A DNA stretch of 64,000 bases from Saccostrea echinata. Taxonomy: Eukaryota. The stretch lies in assembly GCF_033153115.1 (NCBI RefSeq), contig NW_026889803.1, forward strand, positions 62,992,001 through 63,056,000, in the 5' to 3' direction. The notes below the pieces were generated by a model, which saw nothing but the letters and a program-made list of their open reading frames with translations, searched no databases and was not told where the DNA came from. The position numbers and the translations under genes were made by a program. This document shows positions 13,001 through 26,590 of the stretch, piece by piece (position 1 is the stretch's first letter; each line of letters opens with the position of its first letter).

Positions 13001-16000
13001 ACAACTGAATGCTAGAGACTATATATTTATTTTACATTTTACCCCTTCATCAATCCTATAGACTCTTTCAATCTTAAAGACTACATGATGTTTACAATAC
13101 TGTATTTTGTGTTTTACTTCTCTATCAATCTTATAGACTCTGTGATGTTTACAGTAGTGTATTTTGTGTTTTACTTCTCTATCAATCTTATAGACTGTGA
13201 TGTTTACAGTAGTGTATTTTGTGTTTTACTTCTCTATCAATCTTATGGGCTCCTTAATGTTTACAGTAGTGTATTTTGTGTTTTACTTATCAATCTTATG
13301 GGCTCCTTAATGTTTACAGTAGTGTATTTTGTGTTTTACCTATCAATCTTATGGGCTCCTTAATGTTTACAGTAGTGTATTTTGTGTTTTACCTATCAAT
13401 CTTATGGGCTCCTTAATGTTTACAGTAGTGTATTTTGTGTTTTACTTCTCTATCAATCTTATAGACTCTGTGATGTTTACAGTAGTGTATTTTGTGTTTT
13501 ACTTCTCTATCAATCTTATAGACTGTGATGTTTACAGTACTGTATTTTGTGTTTTACTTCTCTATCAATCTTATGGGCTTCTTAATGTTTACAGTAGTGT
13601 ATTTTGTGTTTTACTTCTCTATCAATCTTATAGACTCTGTGATGTTTACAGTACTGTATTTTGTGTTTTACTTCTCTATCAATCTTATGGGCTCCTTAAT
13701 GTTTACAGTAGTGTATTTTGTGTTTTATCTATCAATCTTATGGGCTCCTTAATGTTTACAGTACTGTATTTTGTGTTTTGCCTCTTTATCAATCTCATAG
13801 ACTACATGTTGTTTACAGTTCTGTATTTTGTGCTTTACCTCTTTATCAATCTTATAGACTCCGTGATGTTTACAGTTATGTATTTTGTACCAATTACCTC
13901 TTTATCAATCTTATAGACTGCATGATGTTTACAGTACTGTATTTTTGTGCTTTACCTCTTTATCAATCTTATAGACGCCATGATGTTTACAGTACTGTGG
14001 TGTAGCAGGGACAGTGATAGCACACGCATCACAACTCTTCCACTGAATATCTATAGGAATGAATACCACAACAATTACATCATAATAATAAAATAGGCAT
14101 TATTAAAATATGGTAAAAATCAAATATAATCATTAACTTTAAAATATTCAAATGACATATATAGGCCCCTTACTGCAAGTCAAAAATTGGTGTATGAATA
14201 ACCTTGACTTTTGACCTTAACATTGTTAATTTAGTAAAAAATCAATGAAGAAAAAGCCTGAAAGATTTACATTTGCACATATTTCTCCCAACATAATACT
14301 ATTTGAACAATACGTATTTAAATCTGTATAAAAACAGATTCGTCACATAACCACAATTTCATTGTTAAGGGGGCCGACTGGGGTTTTCATTGCACAATAC
14401 TTTGCACAGCATAGTAAAATTAAGCATATTTATGCTTTTAAAGCAACTATTTTCATATAATTTATCAAATATAATGAAATTAAGTAATCACAGGTTAAAA
14501 TTTCTAATTACAATTTTAAAGAACTGATTCTTTAATGATTTTTCAGACCTATAGGTAGATGGACGTCGTAATAGTGTGTTTGTGATGTTACGATAAAGGG
14601 AAGTTCTTTAAGAGGGGGTCTAACAAATGCAATTAAGAAAAAGTATCAAATATATGCCCTTTAAATTTTAAACACAGTCATTTAAAAATCTGACAATTTT
14701 GTTAAAAAATTTTTCATTTATATATATTATTAGTATCTGTCATATTTTTAGTACTCCATGAAGACAGGAAAGAATAGATGGACTTAAGAGTCCTGAAAAA
14801 AAACATAAATTAAAGTTTTATAAAATGTTCATTACTTTCCATAATATAAATCAGTGATATCTTGCGATAACTGTCTATTCGTGTATTCTTGCTACAGATA
14901 TGAATTTAAAATACCCTTTACAAGTAAAACCAAACAAATATCAAAGGCATGGGGCCAGAAGATTTCTTGAATAGACCCTTTTCCTATGACATATTTTGCC
15001 TAGGAGTTATTTCCCTTAGCCGCCATATTGTAGGGCAACATTCCCAGATCCCTTCATTATTCAACCAAGTTCAATTTCTTATACTGGTTACTGAGGTAAA
15101 GATAACACTATTTTTCTTATGAATACACATTTGTTATATCCTCTATTAATTCATGATAATAAGATTGTAAATATTTTCCCCCATATTTTTCTTGAATGCA
15201 TGTTTAAAATTGGTTGCTCAAAGAGGTAAATTCACTGCTTTGCCATACAAGATGGCGGCTAAGGGGAATAACTCCTAAGCAAAATGTGTCATAGGAAAAG
15301 GGTCTATATCAAAAGATAATCAGTGTCACACTTTTTTCATCATGAGCATGATCATGAGCATGTTTGTCAGCTGTTCTTAAGAAAACTGTAGTTGCATGTA
15401 TATTGAACAAAATAATGTCATATTAAAAGGAGATGAGCTAACAAACATGTGCTCCTACTTAATTTTACAAAAAACATGTTCAAAACAACTTCTCGCTTCC
15501 ACTGTTATGACTGTGTTAACCTTGATTTGATTTTGATTGACCTGTTGAATATTACAGTTCATCACTGGTGTCCAGCTGCGAGTGTACTTGTGAAAATAAT
15601 TTCATTGTACAGTATTATTAAACATGACCTCAATCTAAATCACATCTTAGAGCATGTTTGGTTGGTCTTCCATTTTCAGAATTTAGCAAATTAAATGTTA
15701 TAGTTTTGTGTGTCCTTACAATATTAATTCACCAGAGAAATATTTAAATTTCATATTGACATCGCTGAAATGTACAATTCGCATATTCAAATTTCTATAG
15801 AGAGAGAGAGAGAGAGAAATGTCAACACTGATGCCAATCTAGAGCCCCGTCTCCGATTACTATTGATTTAGTGACATAAAAACCACTCCAGGCACGTCAA
15901 ATTCTGGATGGCGACACTAATGTATCCTTGCTTCAATTTTGATTGATGGCAACAGGGCATTGCTTTTGTACAGATGTTCTACCTAATATAACCATGTATA

Positions 16001-19000
16001 CGTAACTTTTTCTATTGCTTGTAATATATTTTGGATTCACTTCATTTACAGCTTGGTAGAGGGATTGCAAAAAGACCCAAAATAGGGTGTCAATTCCACT
16101 CATTCTTTTTGTAAATTTTTACATTTGGACATGCCCCCTCTGGAAACCAGACAATAGAATTTTGTGTTTCTTTCATACAATATAGTATTACTCATGGTAT
16201 ATTATAACTGGAGCAAAATGTCTATTGTGGGATTTGTAAAATTTGCTTTGAAGTGCGAAAAATTAGCTTTTTCCCATAAAATCCTACAATAAAATTAATG
16301 TACTTGTATTTTGAGATTGTCCCAAAAAAATACCTAGACGATAGATTTTCCTAAATTTGGAATGTACACAAGTCAATGTAAGTTACCTATGATATAAAAT
16401 TAAGGAGTTTTTCACACAATAAAATTCCAGTAAGGCTCCCTCAGGTCATAAACGATCGACATAATTCCACAATGACATCACAAGTGGATGACATTCATAT
16501 TTAATTTATACTGCTGAGATTTGAAAAAATAAATCATTTTATGGGTTTAAAACTATAGTACACAAATATTTGTTATAAATCAGTCACAAATGTCAATACA
16601 TATATAAATAATATCATTTTTAAACTTTTATCAGGATATAAAAAGGGGTTGGTACATTATCAAATCTACCATAAAGCCTTCTGGGATTTATGAGATTGAA
16701 AGGATTTTATTGGATTTGACCATGTGACAAAGTTGTATTTATATCCTGATAAAAGTTTAAAAATGATACCTTATTTCTTGATTAGAAATTGATGTTTTAT
16801 AAATATAATATTCCCTTCCCTAACAATAAAAATCCTCAATACAGAGCATCATCCATCCCAAAAATATGGTATGCAAATAAGAGAAAATAATACAGTTGAT
16901 TGTGTGTCTGAAAAATTCACAGAAATAATGAAAATTTCCAAGAATGATGAGAGTTGTGAGTGATACTAACCACAATCTTTAGGGAATGAAAGGAACATAT
17001 CTGTACTGCTAACCCATAGTCCAGGTCCTGACTTTGCTGCCAGCTACAACAAGAGTGCCAGATAAATTAGTTCTGGAAATGTTCTGGGGCAAGATTCTTG
17101 ATACACTTTTGTACACTTAGCTAATAAAAAGAGGCACCCAATAAATGACATTGGTAAATTGAGGGAGAAACAAAATCAACAGCCTATTCAATTTTCAAAC
17201 ATTGTTCTACAATGATTACATATATGTAATAGGATGGTGTAATTCCTTGCCTTTTCCGTTATGTTTCTGATGAGTATATCAATGTTACAGATCAGTCCAT
17301 CATATTCAGGGGTCACATACTCAGCAGGGAGGGTCACAAATGTCCGCCCACACTGGTCATACGGGTAGTGCCGACCCTATCAAAAAATTTTAAAAATTGA
17401 CATACATGTATATGTATTTTTGTGACGTCTGATATTTGACAGTGGGATTGGTAACTAAGGAATTAAGCTTAGAGATTCTTGACATTTTTTTCAAAATGAA
17501 GCTAAATTATGTGGTAACTATGACGTTTTTAACATATTGATGTATGTAAGATACTGATAAAATTGACATTTTGAATGTGTCGAAAGGTTTCTAGTACAAT
17601 GGACTCATTATGAATGTGGCAATAGGTTTGTAGTACAATATACTCCTTAAAATCATGAATGTATCCATTCTAAAACTTACACTGTGTAATATTAATACCC
17701 AGGATTCCTCCAAAACTTCTGCACTGATCACCTAAAGTAAATAGGGTTTACAAAGATTAATAAAAGTAAAGAAGTAGGCTTTATTGGAAAGCCACAAATT
17801 CATGCCAGTCAAGATAGTATATACTACTAGAAAACCCAGTTTTTACTAGTGTGCCATTTTCAAGTTAGACCTTATAGCACAGTGCAATTAAGCCAGCTAG
17901 GACACTCTCTTGCTTAACATATGATAGAAGATCAATAACTCTAATTTCAAAAGTAGTTGTGAATTAATCTCAGAGAGTCTGGAGTCATACTATTGGTTGC
18001 ATGTTAAATATTTAAAATATTTGCAAGTTTCCCAAAACATTTGTTAAAAGTTCTCTAAGAAACACATTTTTGTCTTTATCACACAAAAATACAGCTTAAT
18101 GTACACAATAAAAATCATAAAAGCTTGTAACTTAGGACAGAAAATGACCTACGTGTATTTCAATCAAAATTTGCTTACTGTTTTTTGAGCAAGGTACTTC
18201 ATCTTAATAAAAAAAAATCAGCAAAATTCTGGAAACACAGAATATTCCTTAATTCCAGTATTTAAGGTTTTTTCTCAGAGTCTCAACTGTTGCCCCCCCC
18301 CCCCCCCCCCCACCTTTTAGAGTTTTGACATCTATCTACCATACATAAAGTTTACTCACAAGTTCTGATATTTTTAACCAATGGATTCCATCTACTATTG
18401 GGCTGTTAAATCCCCTTTTTTACTTTTAAATGCTTAATTCTCTCTCTCTCTCTCTTCTCTCTTTCTCTCTCTCTCTCTCTGTGGAAAAAGTGGCAATTTA
18501 ACTCTTTCCCTGAAAAAAAAGTATCCCATTTGAAGAATGCTTTATAGTAAGTATAAGGGTTGCAAACAAGTAACCAATTATTCGAGTACTCATCCAGAGG
18601 TCCAAATATCAAATACTAAAATCGGTATTCAGGTACTTGGAAAAAAATAAACCATGCAATATTTCTTCATTTTCTGCATTATTTGTCAAGCACATTCTAA
18701 TTTCATGTATAATATACCTGAAATTAAAAGATATACAGATATAAGTTTAAAGTTCGAATTTTTTTCTTGAATCATGACTGAGTACTCAAGCACTTGATCG
18801 GAAAGACATGCAAGTAACTGGTTACAAAAAATTGATTGATTTGACAACTCTAGTAAATAAGTTGTCAATTTTTGTGTTCAATCAATTGCAATTGTTTTAT
18901 CCAGTATTAGCACAGATCACAACAAGAGGCCCATGGGCCACATCACTCACCTAAGCACTGTGGCTGGCTAGGAAAAAAGCAGAAATCAGTTCAGTATTGA

Positions 19001-20702
19001 AAGAAATCAGTTCAGTATTGAAAAGTTTAAATACACAAGTGGTACCAACCTACCCCTAAAGGAGGGGAGGGGGGGTTTTGATTTAAACAAACTTGAATCT
19101 ACACCACTTGAGGATACTTCCATATCAATATGACCAATCATTGCTTTGATGTTCTTGGGAAGAAGATTTTTCCTAGAATGTACATGTATTCCCATGTAAA
19201 ACTCTGATTATCCATTGCCCCCCCCCCCCCCCATGTCATGATTTGAACAAATCTGAATCTACACTACCTGAGGATGCTTCCATATAAATATGACCAATCC
19301 TGGCTTTGCTGTTCTTGAGAAGAAGATTTTTAAAGATTTTTCCAATGTATTCCTATGTAAAACTTTGATTGTCCATTGTGGCCCCACCCTACCCCCAAGG
19401 TCATGATTTGAACAAACCTGAATCTTCATTGCCTGAAGATGCTTCTATATAAATATGACCAATCATGGCTTTGCTGTTCTTGAGAAGAAGATTTTTCCTA
19501 TGTACAGTAAAACTCGGGTTATAGCGAAGTCCTGGGGACCTTTGAATTTACTTCACTATATCTGTAATTTGTTATATCAGTATAATGAATTCATTGAATT
19601 ATATATAGCGAATTCACAATACACATTTTCCTTTATGTATGACTGACGACTATGTTCAGGGAAGAATTATATACAAAAGAAATTCTTAAAGAATTAAAGA
19701 TTTTAAATGAATCTAATATCAAACATAAATACTCATGAAAAATAATGTCAATTCAATACTTTAAATATTTTGATTTTAAAAATTTGGTATAAAAGATGTA
19801 CTTTGCATTATTTTTAACTTCTAAGGGATACAAAATCAATTCGCTATATCCATAAATTCGTTATATCCGTGTTCGTTATAACCATAAAATTTTACAAGGA
19901 TTGATTGAGAATTTTGCCGGGGATCTCAAAAAAACTTTGTTATACTTTATTATATCCGTGAATTCGCTATATCTGTGTTCGTACTAAATGAGTTTTACTG
20001 TATTCCAATGCAAAACCTTGATCATCCATTGTTGCCCCACCCTATCCCTGGGGGTCATGATTTGAATAAACTTAAATCTTCACAATCTGAGGATGCTTCC
20101 ATATCAATATGACCAATCATGGCTTTGCTGTTCTTGTAAAGAATATTTTTAAAGATTTTTTTCCTATATATATCTATGTAAAACTTTGTTCCCCCATTGT
20201 GGCCCCACCCTACCCCCAGGGGTCATGATTTAAAGAAACTTGATTCTACACTATGTAATAAAGGTTTAAGATAAATTTCAACTTTTCTGGCACAGTGGTT
20301 CTTCAGAAGAAAATTTTTAAAGATTTTTTCCTATATATTCCTAGGTAAAACTTTGTTCCCCCATTGTGGCCCCATCCTACCCTCTGGGGTCATGATTTGA
20401 ACAAACTTGAAATTACACTACCTGAGCATGTATTCTTTATCAATCTGACTAATCAGGGCTTTGCTGTTCTTGAGAAGAAGATTTTTAAAGATTTTTTACT
20501 ATATGTTCCTATGTAAAAATTTGATCGTCCATTGTGGCCCCACCCTACTCTGGGGGCCATGATTTGAACAAACTTGAATCTACACTACACAATAAAAGCT
20601 TCACCTAAGTTTCAACTTTTCTGGCCCAGTGGATCTTGAGAAGATTTTTAAATGATGCCAACAAATTTTCCCTAATTCTTAATTATCTCCCCTTGATAGA
20701 CA

Positions 20703-20734
<32 letters not shown>

Positions 20735-20856
20735 TCTTTACCCAAGGATGCTTTGTAGCAAGTTTGGTTGAAATTGACCATGTGGTTCTGGAGAAGAACT
20801 CGAAAATGTGAAAAGTTTACAGACGGACAGACGGACGCTGGACAAAATGTGATCAT

Positions 20857-20892
<36 letters not shown>

Positions 20893-21359
20893 TAAACCAC
20901 CTGATTCACTCACTGAATGACCCTTTTGAGCACTTATGTATTCTGTTATGGTCAGTAGAGCATTGACAGTAGCACCTCCACTCCCTACATTAGTTTTTGG
21001 ATCCTCCACAGTGAGTACAATTACATCTTTAGCTATGTAACCTTTAGCTTGTCGCAGCTCCAACTCTGTTTTAAAAAAATCACATTTCTACTAAATCCTA
21101 CCGCTGAATCAATTCATTTTAACAATAATTCATAATATTGTTAGAAAATATCAAATTTATAGTAAAAATCCAAATCAATCCCCATTGCAAAGTATTATCC
21201 TAAAATACAATAATTAACATTTGGAGATCTGCATGGGGATGCAGACTGCTTACAATTGTTATAAAGACATCCATGCTTACCCTTCTGAAAAGCATATGTC
21301 CACTCTTTGCTGGCTGTTGTTAAGACTATAGCAGTCCATTTCACTCCAGAAGAGGTCAT
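4504..21359 (-). CDS. FCSK: L-fucose kinase (fucokinase), N-terminal 9 coding exons; the gene continues beyond the left edge of the window
   Basis: Phase-consistent exons 21359-21281, 21065-20914, 17731-17681, 17376-17251, 17043-16971, 14050-13956, 8331-8251, 6699-6580, 4678-4504. They translate to [14 protein letters not shown]...[19 protein letters not shown]...[11 protein letters not shown]...HGVY...[25 protein letters not shown], which matches fucokinase motifs. Confidence 0.93.
5056..6597 (-). repeat. Minisatellite (about 20 units of 47-53 bp) derived from the FCSK exon 8 3' end and splice donor; interrupted by a MITE
   Basis: The minus-strand unit GGAGAACCCCC(A/T)ATACAG|GTA(C/A)GTCATAGAT... 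begins inside exon 6699-6580. Units alternate as dimers of about 105 bp. Confidence 0.92.
5957..6428. mobile_element. MITE with 14-bp perfect TIR inserted in the minisatellite
   Basis: caggggcgtagctt ... aagctacgcccctg, flanked by G runs, so the TSD length is ambiguous. Confidence 0.85.
6834..7008. mobile_element. Tc1/mariner-type MITE (second copy at about 12512-12685)
   Basis: ta|cagttgaacttcggtatctc ... gagataacaagatttggctg|ta. A closely similar copy starts at 12512. Confidence 0.8.
7125..7755. mobile_element. Palindromic non-autonomous element containing a nested hairpin-bearing insert (about 7151-7638)
   Basis: Outer inverted ends ttatgtagacacttaga / tctaagtgcctacataa. Inner long palindrome at about 7183-7258. 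Confidence 0.6.
8595..9688. mobile_element. HINE-type (Helentron-associated) element with about 160-170 bp tandem core
   Basis: Repeated ggggtcatgatttgaacaaacttgaatc units, an acag/ggac microsatellite, and the end aaaagctcatttgagcctttcggctccagtgagctaaa. Confidence 0.8.
9687..11130. mobile_element. HINE-type element, second family (about 167-bp core, about 7 units)
   Basis: caagaggcccacgggccttataggtcacctgag start, ccatgaaattcacaattttggaagaggcac units, and a gcaataggtcacctgagtaaactcatgtgacctaaaa end. Confidence 0.8.
12512..12685. mobile_element. Tc1/mariner-type MITE copy
   Basis: Aligns with 6834-7008. Confidence 0.75.
13040..13998 (-). repeat. Minisatellite (about 17 units of 53-58 bp) derived from the FCSK exon 6 3' end and splice donor
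   Basis: The minus-strand unit CAGTACTGTAAACATCATGGCGTCTATAAGATTGATAAAGAG|GTAAAGCACAAAAATA begins in exon 14050-13956. Confidence 0.92.
14971..15307. mobile_element. MITE with about 55-bp TIRs
   Basis: atagacccttttcctatgaca...cttagccgccat / atggcggctaagg...tgtcataggaaaagggtctat. Confidence 0.8.
16612..16768. repeat. Inverted repeat (about 30-bp arms), probable MITE core
   Basis: tatcatttttaaacttttatcaggatataaa / tttatatcctgataaaagtttaaaaatgata. Confidence 0.7.
18921..20892. mobile_element. Full-length HINE-type element with satellite core, interrupted by a MITE
   Basis: aacaagaggcccatgggccacatcactcacct start, about 160-bp units, a ggac microsatellite, and an aaagctcacttgagctttcagctcaggtgagctaa end. 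Confidence 0.85.
19505..20000. mobile_element. Tc1/mariner-type MITE nested in the HINE
   Basis: ta|cagtaaaactc ... gagttttactg|ta. Confidence 0.82.
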
Positions 21360-21996
21360 TCTGAATTCAAAAATGCAAAATTTAAGTAAACACTCATTCT
21401 ACATTCTAGAAAGCCTCTATCTTTCATTTTTAAATATCAACTTTGCAGCTTTGTAACATACTGAATGTTTCATCTTTCCTAGCACAATGATCGCTACTGA
21501 AAATGTGTTTCTCCTGCTTACCAATGTTTCAATACCAGTTTGTCTGTTTACAACCATGATAATTTATAAGTGTGTGTATTTTTAAAGTTATATACTGCAA
21601 TTTAAATAGATTAATTTATAAATAATATGCCATATATATCATAGATACACTTTAATCAGAGTATGCTATACAGACAACATGAAGTAGCTTAAAAATGTGG
21701 TACTTCCAGCAATATACCTATAACTGTCGAAAGTCTAGTGATTTACAAGACACAACAAACTATTGAAAAGGCACAAAATATAAAAACTGTTCAACATAAT
21801 GAACACCACTTATGATTAAGGCTTTAATATGAAAAAAAATTTACTGCATACTGTAGATTCCTAAATATAAGGGAGGAATTTATTATTATAATAATTTACA
21901 TGAAACGGAAAAATGCTAGTGAAACCTCAAGTTTTTCCACTTGCTAAAATTTGTTAGAATCAAAATGGGTTTATTTCGATCCCTGAAATTGTTTTA

Positions 21997-24000
21997 ACAG
22001 GTTAGGACCTATCGCCCAAATGGGATATAATAGCCCGTTTGGGATATAATATCCCAAATGGGATATAAATTTACAATCATTATGCAAAAAATGAAAATAT
22101 TTATCTTGGATATAAATATCACAGGGTTACTGTCGTTTCGCCCCAAAGCCAGAACGCCCCATGCATGAGCGCCCCAGAGATTTTTACCGGCGCCCAAGTA
22201 CAACACGAGCGCCCCGAATGCAATTTCATGAGCGCCCCAAATAAGCATCTCGAGCGCCCCAAATAATTGAACGTACTGTCCAATCTTGCATCATGGGCTC
22301 TCGTAATGCGATAACTTTTATGAATTAATATATATAATAAAAGCATTTCAACAGCGATAATTTATTTATTTCACATTTTATTTCAATCTATGCTGCCATT
22401 GGTTTATGTTTAGTTGGATACAACTGTACAAAGTATTTGACCTTCCTCCGTTAAAGAAGGGTACATGACGTTTCGGAACTAACGATCGACGAGACAGGTC
22501 GGGACTTTGGTTTCAACAAATTATTCTATTAATATGCTAAATATAATGTTTTTTCGTACACAAAGCATGTAATATTTAAGCTATATAACCGCATTATAAT
22601 TTATTTACATATTAAGTTGTCATAAAAAATGTATTTTAATGTTTTATTCACAACAGAGGGAGAAAAGTAAAACTTTGTTGATTCATGTTAAAAAAGATTT
22701 CTCGTGTTGATAAAATTTAATTAAATTCATTTTATACCATAAATAATAGTATAATTTTAATTCAAGTGATCTTCAGGTAGTACCGTCCATTATAGTTCAA
22801 CAACATGTCAATAGATTGTTATTACAACAATTAGGATCACATGCTCTGCATATAGGGAGGTGTAAACTGTGTGTCTCATAATCGTCTCATGCATATGGTT
22901 TCTCATTGAAATTATTAAAAAAAAAATGATGTAAAAATATGGAGAGAAAAAATTTTCTCGTTGTTGCTTGTTCATTGGTAAATGTATTCAAATAATATTT
23001 ATAATCATAACATTATATATCCCAGGTCTCGTAATAATAATAATTAAGTTGTTTCTGTGGAATCGTTTTATGAAGAGTCTTCATGGCAAGAAAATGGTAG
23101 GTTAATTTTTATAAATATTTAAATGTATGTAACTTTCTTATCTTTCTTAATTGCTATGAAGTTTCAATTTAGCAGGAATCTATGTTTTGAGATTCCGTAT
23201 GTCATTTTTAACTAAATATATACTAATGTTTCTTTTTATTGGTGATAAATCTTTGGCAATATCATCAATTTAAAAACGAACATCAAACGTCACTCTATGT
23301 TCTCTTTGTTTCATTCAAAAAGTATTTCGGTCTGGGTTCGTATAAACATTGAAAATAATTTGAATACATTTGAAAATGACATCAATATGCTAGCTTACAT
23401 ATTGTGGGGTATTCGTGATATATAAACCTTGATGCACTTGTGGCGATCATGAAATACATGTACAATTGTTCATATTAATTAATGTTTCTTTATATCAACA
23501 TGTAATTAAAGCAATTAATATTTATTTCCTTACTAGGTTACAAGTCTTGGGGCGCTAGTGAAATGAATTTGGGGCGCTCATGAGAGGAATTTGGGGCGCT
23601 CATATTCGTACTTGGGCGCTGGTAAAAATCTTTGGGGCGCTCATGCATGGGGCGTTCTGGTTTTGGGGCGCAGTGACTAGCACCCATATCATAAATCCGC
23701 ATCAAGATACTTATAAAGGAATAACTTTTGGGTAACAAGTTTTTCTGTATGACCACTGTTTAAGAGATTGATCCCTCAGAAGTTTGTAAACTTTTTTGGG
23801 ATCAATCTAACGTCCCGTAGGGTTGCAGAAAAACTTGCTTGCCAAAAGTTATTCATTTTAATGTATTTTGATGCGGATTTATGATATTTATAGCCAAAAT
23901 AAAAATTTTCATTTTTTGCACTGTAAATTTATATCCAATTTGGGATATTATATCCCAGACGGGTTATTATATCTCATTTGGGCGATTGTTCCCAACCTGT
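21997..24000. mobile_element. Long-TIR non-autonomous DNA transposon (TTA TSD, PIF/Harbinger-like) with a nested insertion
   Basis: tta|acaggttaggacctatcgcccaaatg ... catttgggcgattgttcccaacctgt|tta. The left TIR is split by the inner element. Confidence 0.75.
22124..23685. mobile_element. Nested DNA transposon with about 140-bp TIRs and an 8-bp TSD
   Basis: GGG...CCC termini, TIRs built of gagcgccccaa subrepeats, and flanks atatcaca / atatcata. Confidence 0.78.
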
Positions 24001-25489
24001 TTAACTCCTAAAAAAAGTCTTCTATCAATATTATATAAATTAAAATACAGCCAAAAATGAATTGCATTAGGCCCTTATCGACGTTAATTGAACGTCAGCT
24101 GACGCTTGGAAAGGATGGGTGTTTAAACATTGCTCCACGCACCTTGTTTTCTCACTGTCAGTTTGTGTACAGTGGAGTCTGTCATATGAATTTTGTCAAC
24201 ATCGGAAATTTCTCACTCAATATAAATTGGGTTTTCGCAAAATCTGAAGATCCGGAAAAACTATTCAAAAGATCTTTAAAAATTTGGGAAATTGTCCTCA
24301 AGATAATTCTTAAATACAAAATAATGATCAATTATATTATTAATTGAGTTGAAAAATTTCCGCAAAATAGTCAACATTTAAAATCATGTATTGATTCAGA
24401 AATGCTGCTCTGTCGGTTCTAAAGTAAACACCGCCATCTAAACTTCCAGTAACAGTTGTCCAACATGCTGCACATGACTCCGATTTGGTAGGTTCCCACG
24501 TTCTGTCTTCAATGTAATTATGTCACGGTCATGTTTTTGATTTCCAGAGCTCTGCTCCATTTGGTTTTATCAGATTATAGAATATTTCATAGAGTTTATT
24601 ATTTTGGGGTGCATTTCCTGGATATAAATCAAGTGTCACAGCATAATAATAATGAGCAGTTGCCTCCCCCTTTTTCCTTTTGTTTGCAATGAACTATCGT
24701 GAACGTTTGCATCTTCTGAGATACTTTAAGGCTATAAAAATCAAATCAATGAAGAAAATTCTGATACCTTTGGTCTGTTTGCAACTTTTTAATACTGAAA
24801 ATGAGGATGACAACCAACCAACCAACCCCCCCCCCCCCCAACCCCCCCAAAAAAAGATTTTTTAATAAAGTTCATTTTCTCTGAGTTAAGCAAACTGTTC
24901 GTAACAATTGTTTACACTGTGATGTTGTTCGATGCTTATTCAACGTCAGTTATTAGGCTCCTTGCATGTTCAAATGAAACAACATATTGAATATGATTTT
25001 AACAGTATGGCTTGTGGAGGGGACATATTGATTTGATATGTGATGAGTAGGTGGAGGGGGCACATTGACAATATAATGTCAGTAGGCAGCATAATATGTT
25101 TTAATACAGTATTTTTCTCAACCAATGAAATATTTTAGATTTTTATCAGAGGCAGTATAAAATGTGAATTGAATGATGAATTCTTCCATTATATAGATAA
25201 GTTTTTTGAGGTGAAAGGTATCCACAATCACAAAAAGGTTTGTTATGACTATTTTGATGGTTATTTTCAATGCAACTTCATTTATTTTTCTCCAAAATCG
25301 TTTCATAGCTATTCTGCAATTTTCTGCTACATTGCAGGTATATGGGAGGCATTCTAACCGTGGAGATGGCCTGTCCTGAGACACAGTTACATGTAGATTA
25401 TTCTAATTAGGGATACACATGTAGCTTTCTGATAATACAATTTCAAGACAGTCTTTGAATTATCTATCCATATTAATATAACTTTGAAC

Positions 25490-26186
25490 TAGAAATATGT
25501 CCATAGGACATGAATGCCCCGCCAAGGGTATATTAGTAATGCAACGTGAAAATTTGATCAGAATATCTCGAATAGTTTCTTTCAAATTAAAATCTAAAAA
25601 GTTGGATATAGATGATAAAGTCTCACCAAATTATGTATAAGTGCATAAGCTTACATAAATATCTTAAATGGTTTCCTTAAAACTAAGCAAAATGCAAATT
25701 TAAGAAAAGTGAGGTCAAGGTCACAGGAAAGTTCAAGGTCAAACATTTTTGATGCAGTTGAATAGTTCTCACATATACTTATCAGCATATTAAGTTTGAT
25801 AAAAATATTTTGAATGAATTCTTTAAACTGAGTTAAACACAAATTGATAAAAGTGAGGTCAAGGTCAAATGAAAAGTCAAGGTCAAAAATATTGATGCAG
25901 TTGAATTGCTTACATCAGTATGTGTCAGCATATGAAATTTTGACACTAATTTAAGAAAAGTGAGGTCAAGGTCAAAGGAAAGGTCAAGGTAAAAAAATGT
26001 TGTTGCATAGCTCTCATCAATATCTATCAGCATATGAAGTTTGATGAAAATTACTTGGATAGTTTCTTTGAAAATGAGCTTTGAACTGAGCTAAACTCAA
26101 AGCCCAATGGAAGGACAGACAGAAGGATGGAAGACGGACATGACAAACACTATATGCCCCAGCCATATTCATGCCGGGGCATAAAA
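25490..26186. mobile_element. Degenerate HINE-like repeat
   Basis: gaggtcaaggtcaa units, a ggacagac tract, and the end motif shared with 2540-3125. Confidence 0.6.
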
Positions 26187-26590
26187 AGAGAATAAATATA
26201 TAATCCAAAATGTACAAGAAATTTTGCTTTTACAAATTTAATGGTACAATAAATTTGTTAGTCCCAGCAAGCCATCAGACTAGTAATTTAAAGAGTCCAA
26301 AAGTGATATTTTCCTTCAGATGTCTTTTTTTTTCCAAATGAAAGGAGAATACAAGAACATATCCAAAGTAAGGTTTCATTAATCCCTGATATCCCCCAGT
26401 CCCAAATCATATCCCACTGTGGGTGTGCAGTAAGGACTCCGAAGTATTAATCTTCATTTCTCTAAATCATGTGTTAATTTGCTCTGCAATACTAAAACAT
26501 GTATGTCTCTGTAATATGTTCCTTTTATTATCATTTAAGCATATTACAATATATTTTCTTCCTATTCCAGAAGGCTAACATCAGGCTGAG

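Noticed and set aside
13085-14005. Hydrophobic repetitive ORFs on the plus strand
   Set aside because: Artefacts of the about 57-bp minisatellite, antisense to an FCSK intron.
22370-22830. Transposase remnant inside the nested element
   Set aside because: Only a vague WQHRL fragment among stops; not supportable.
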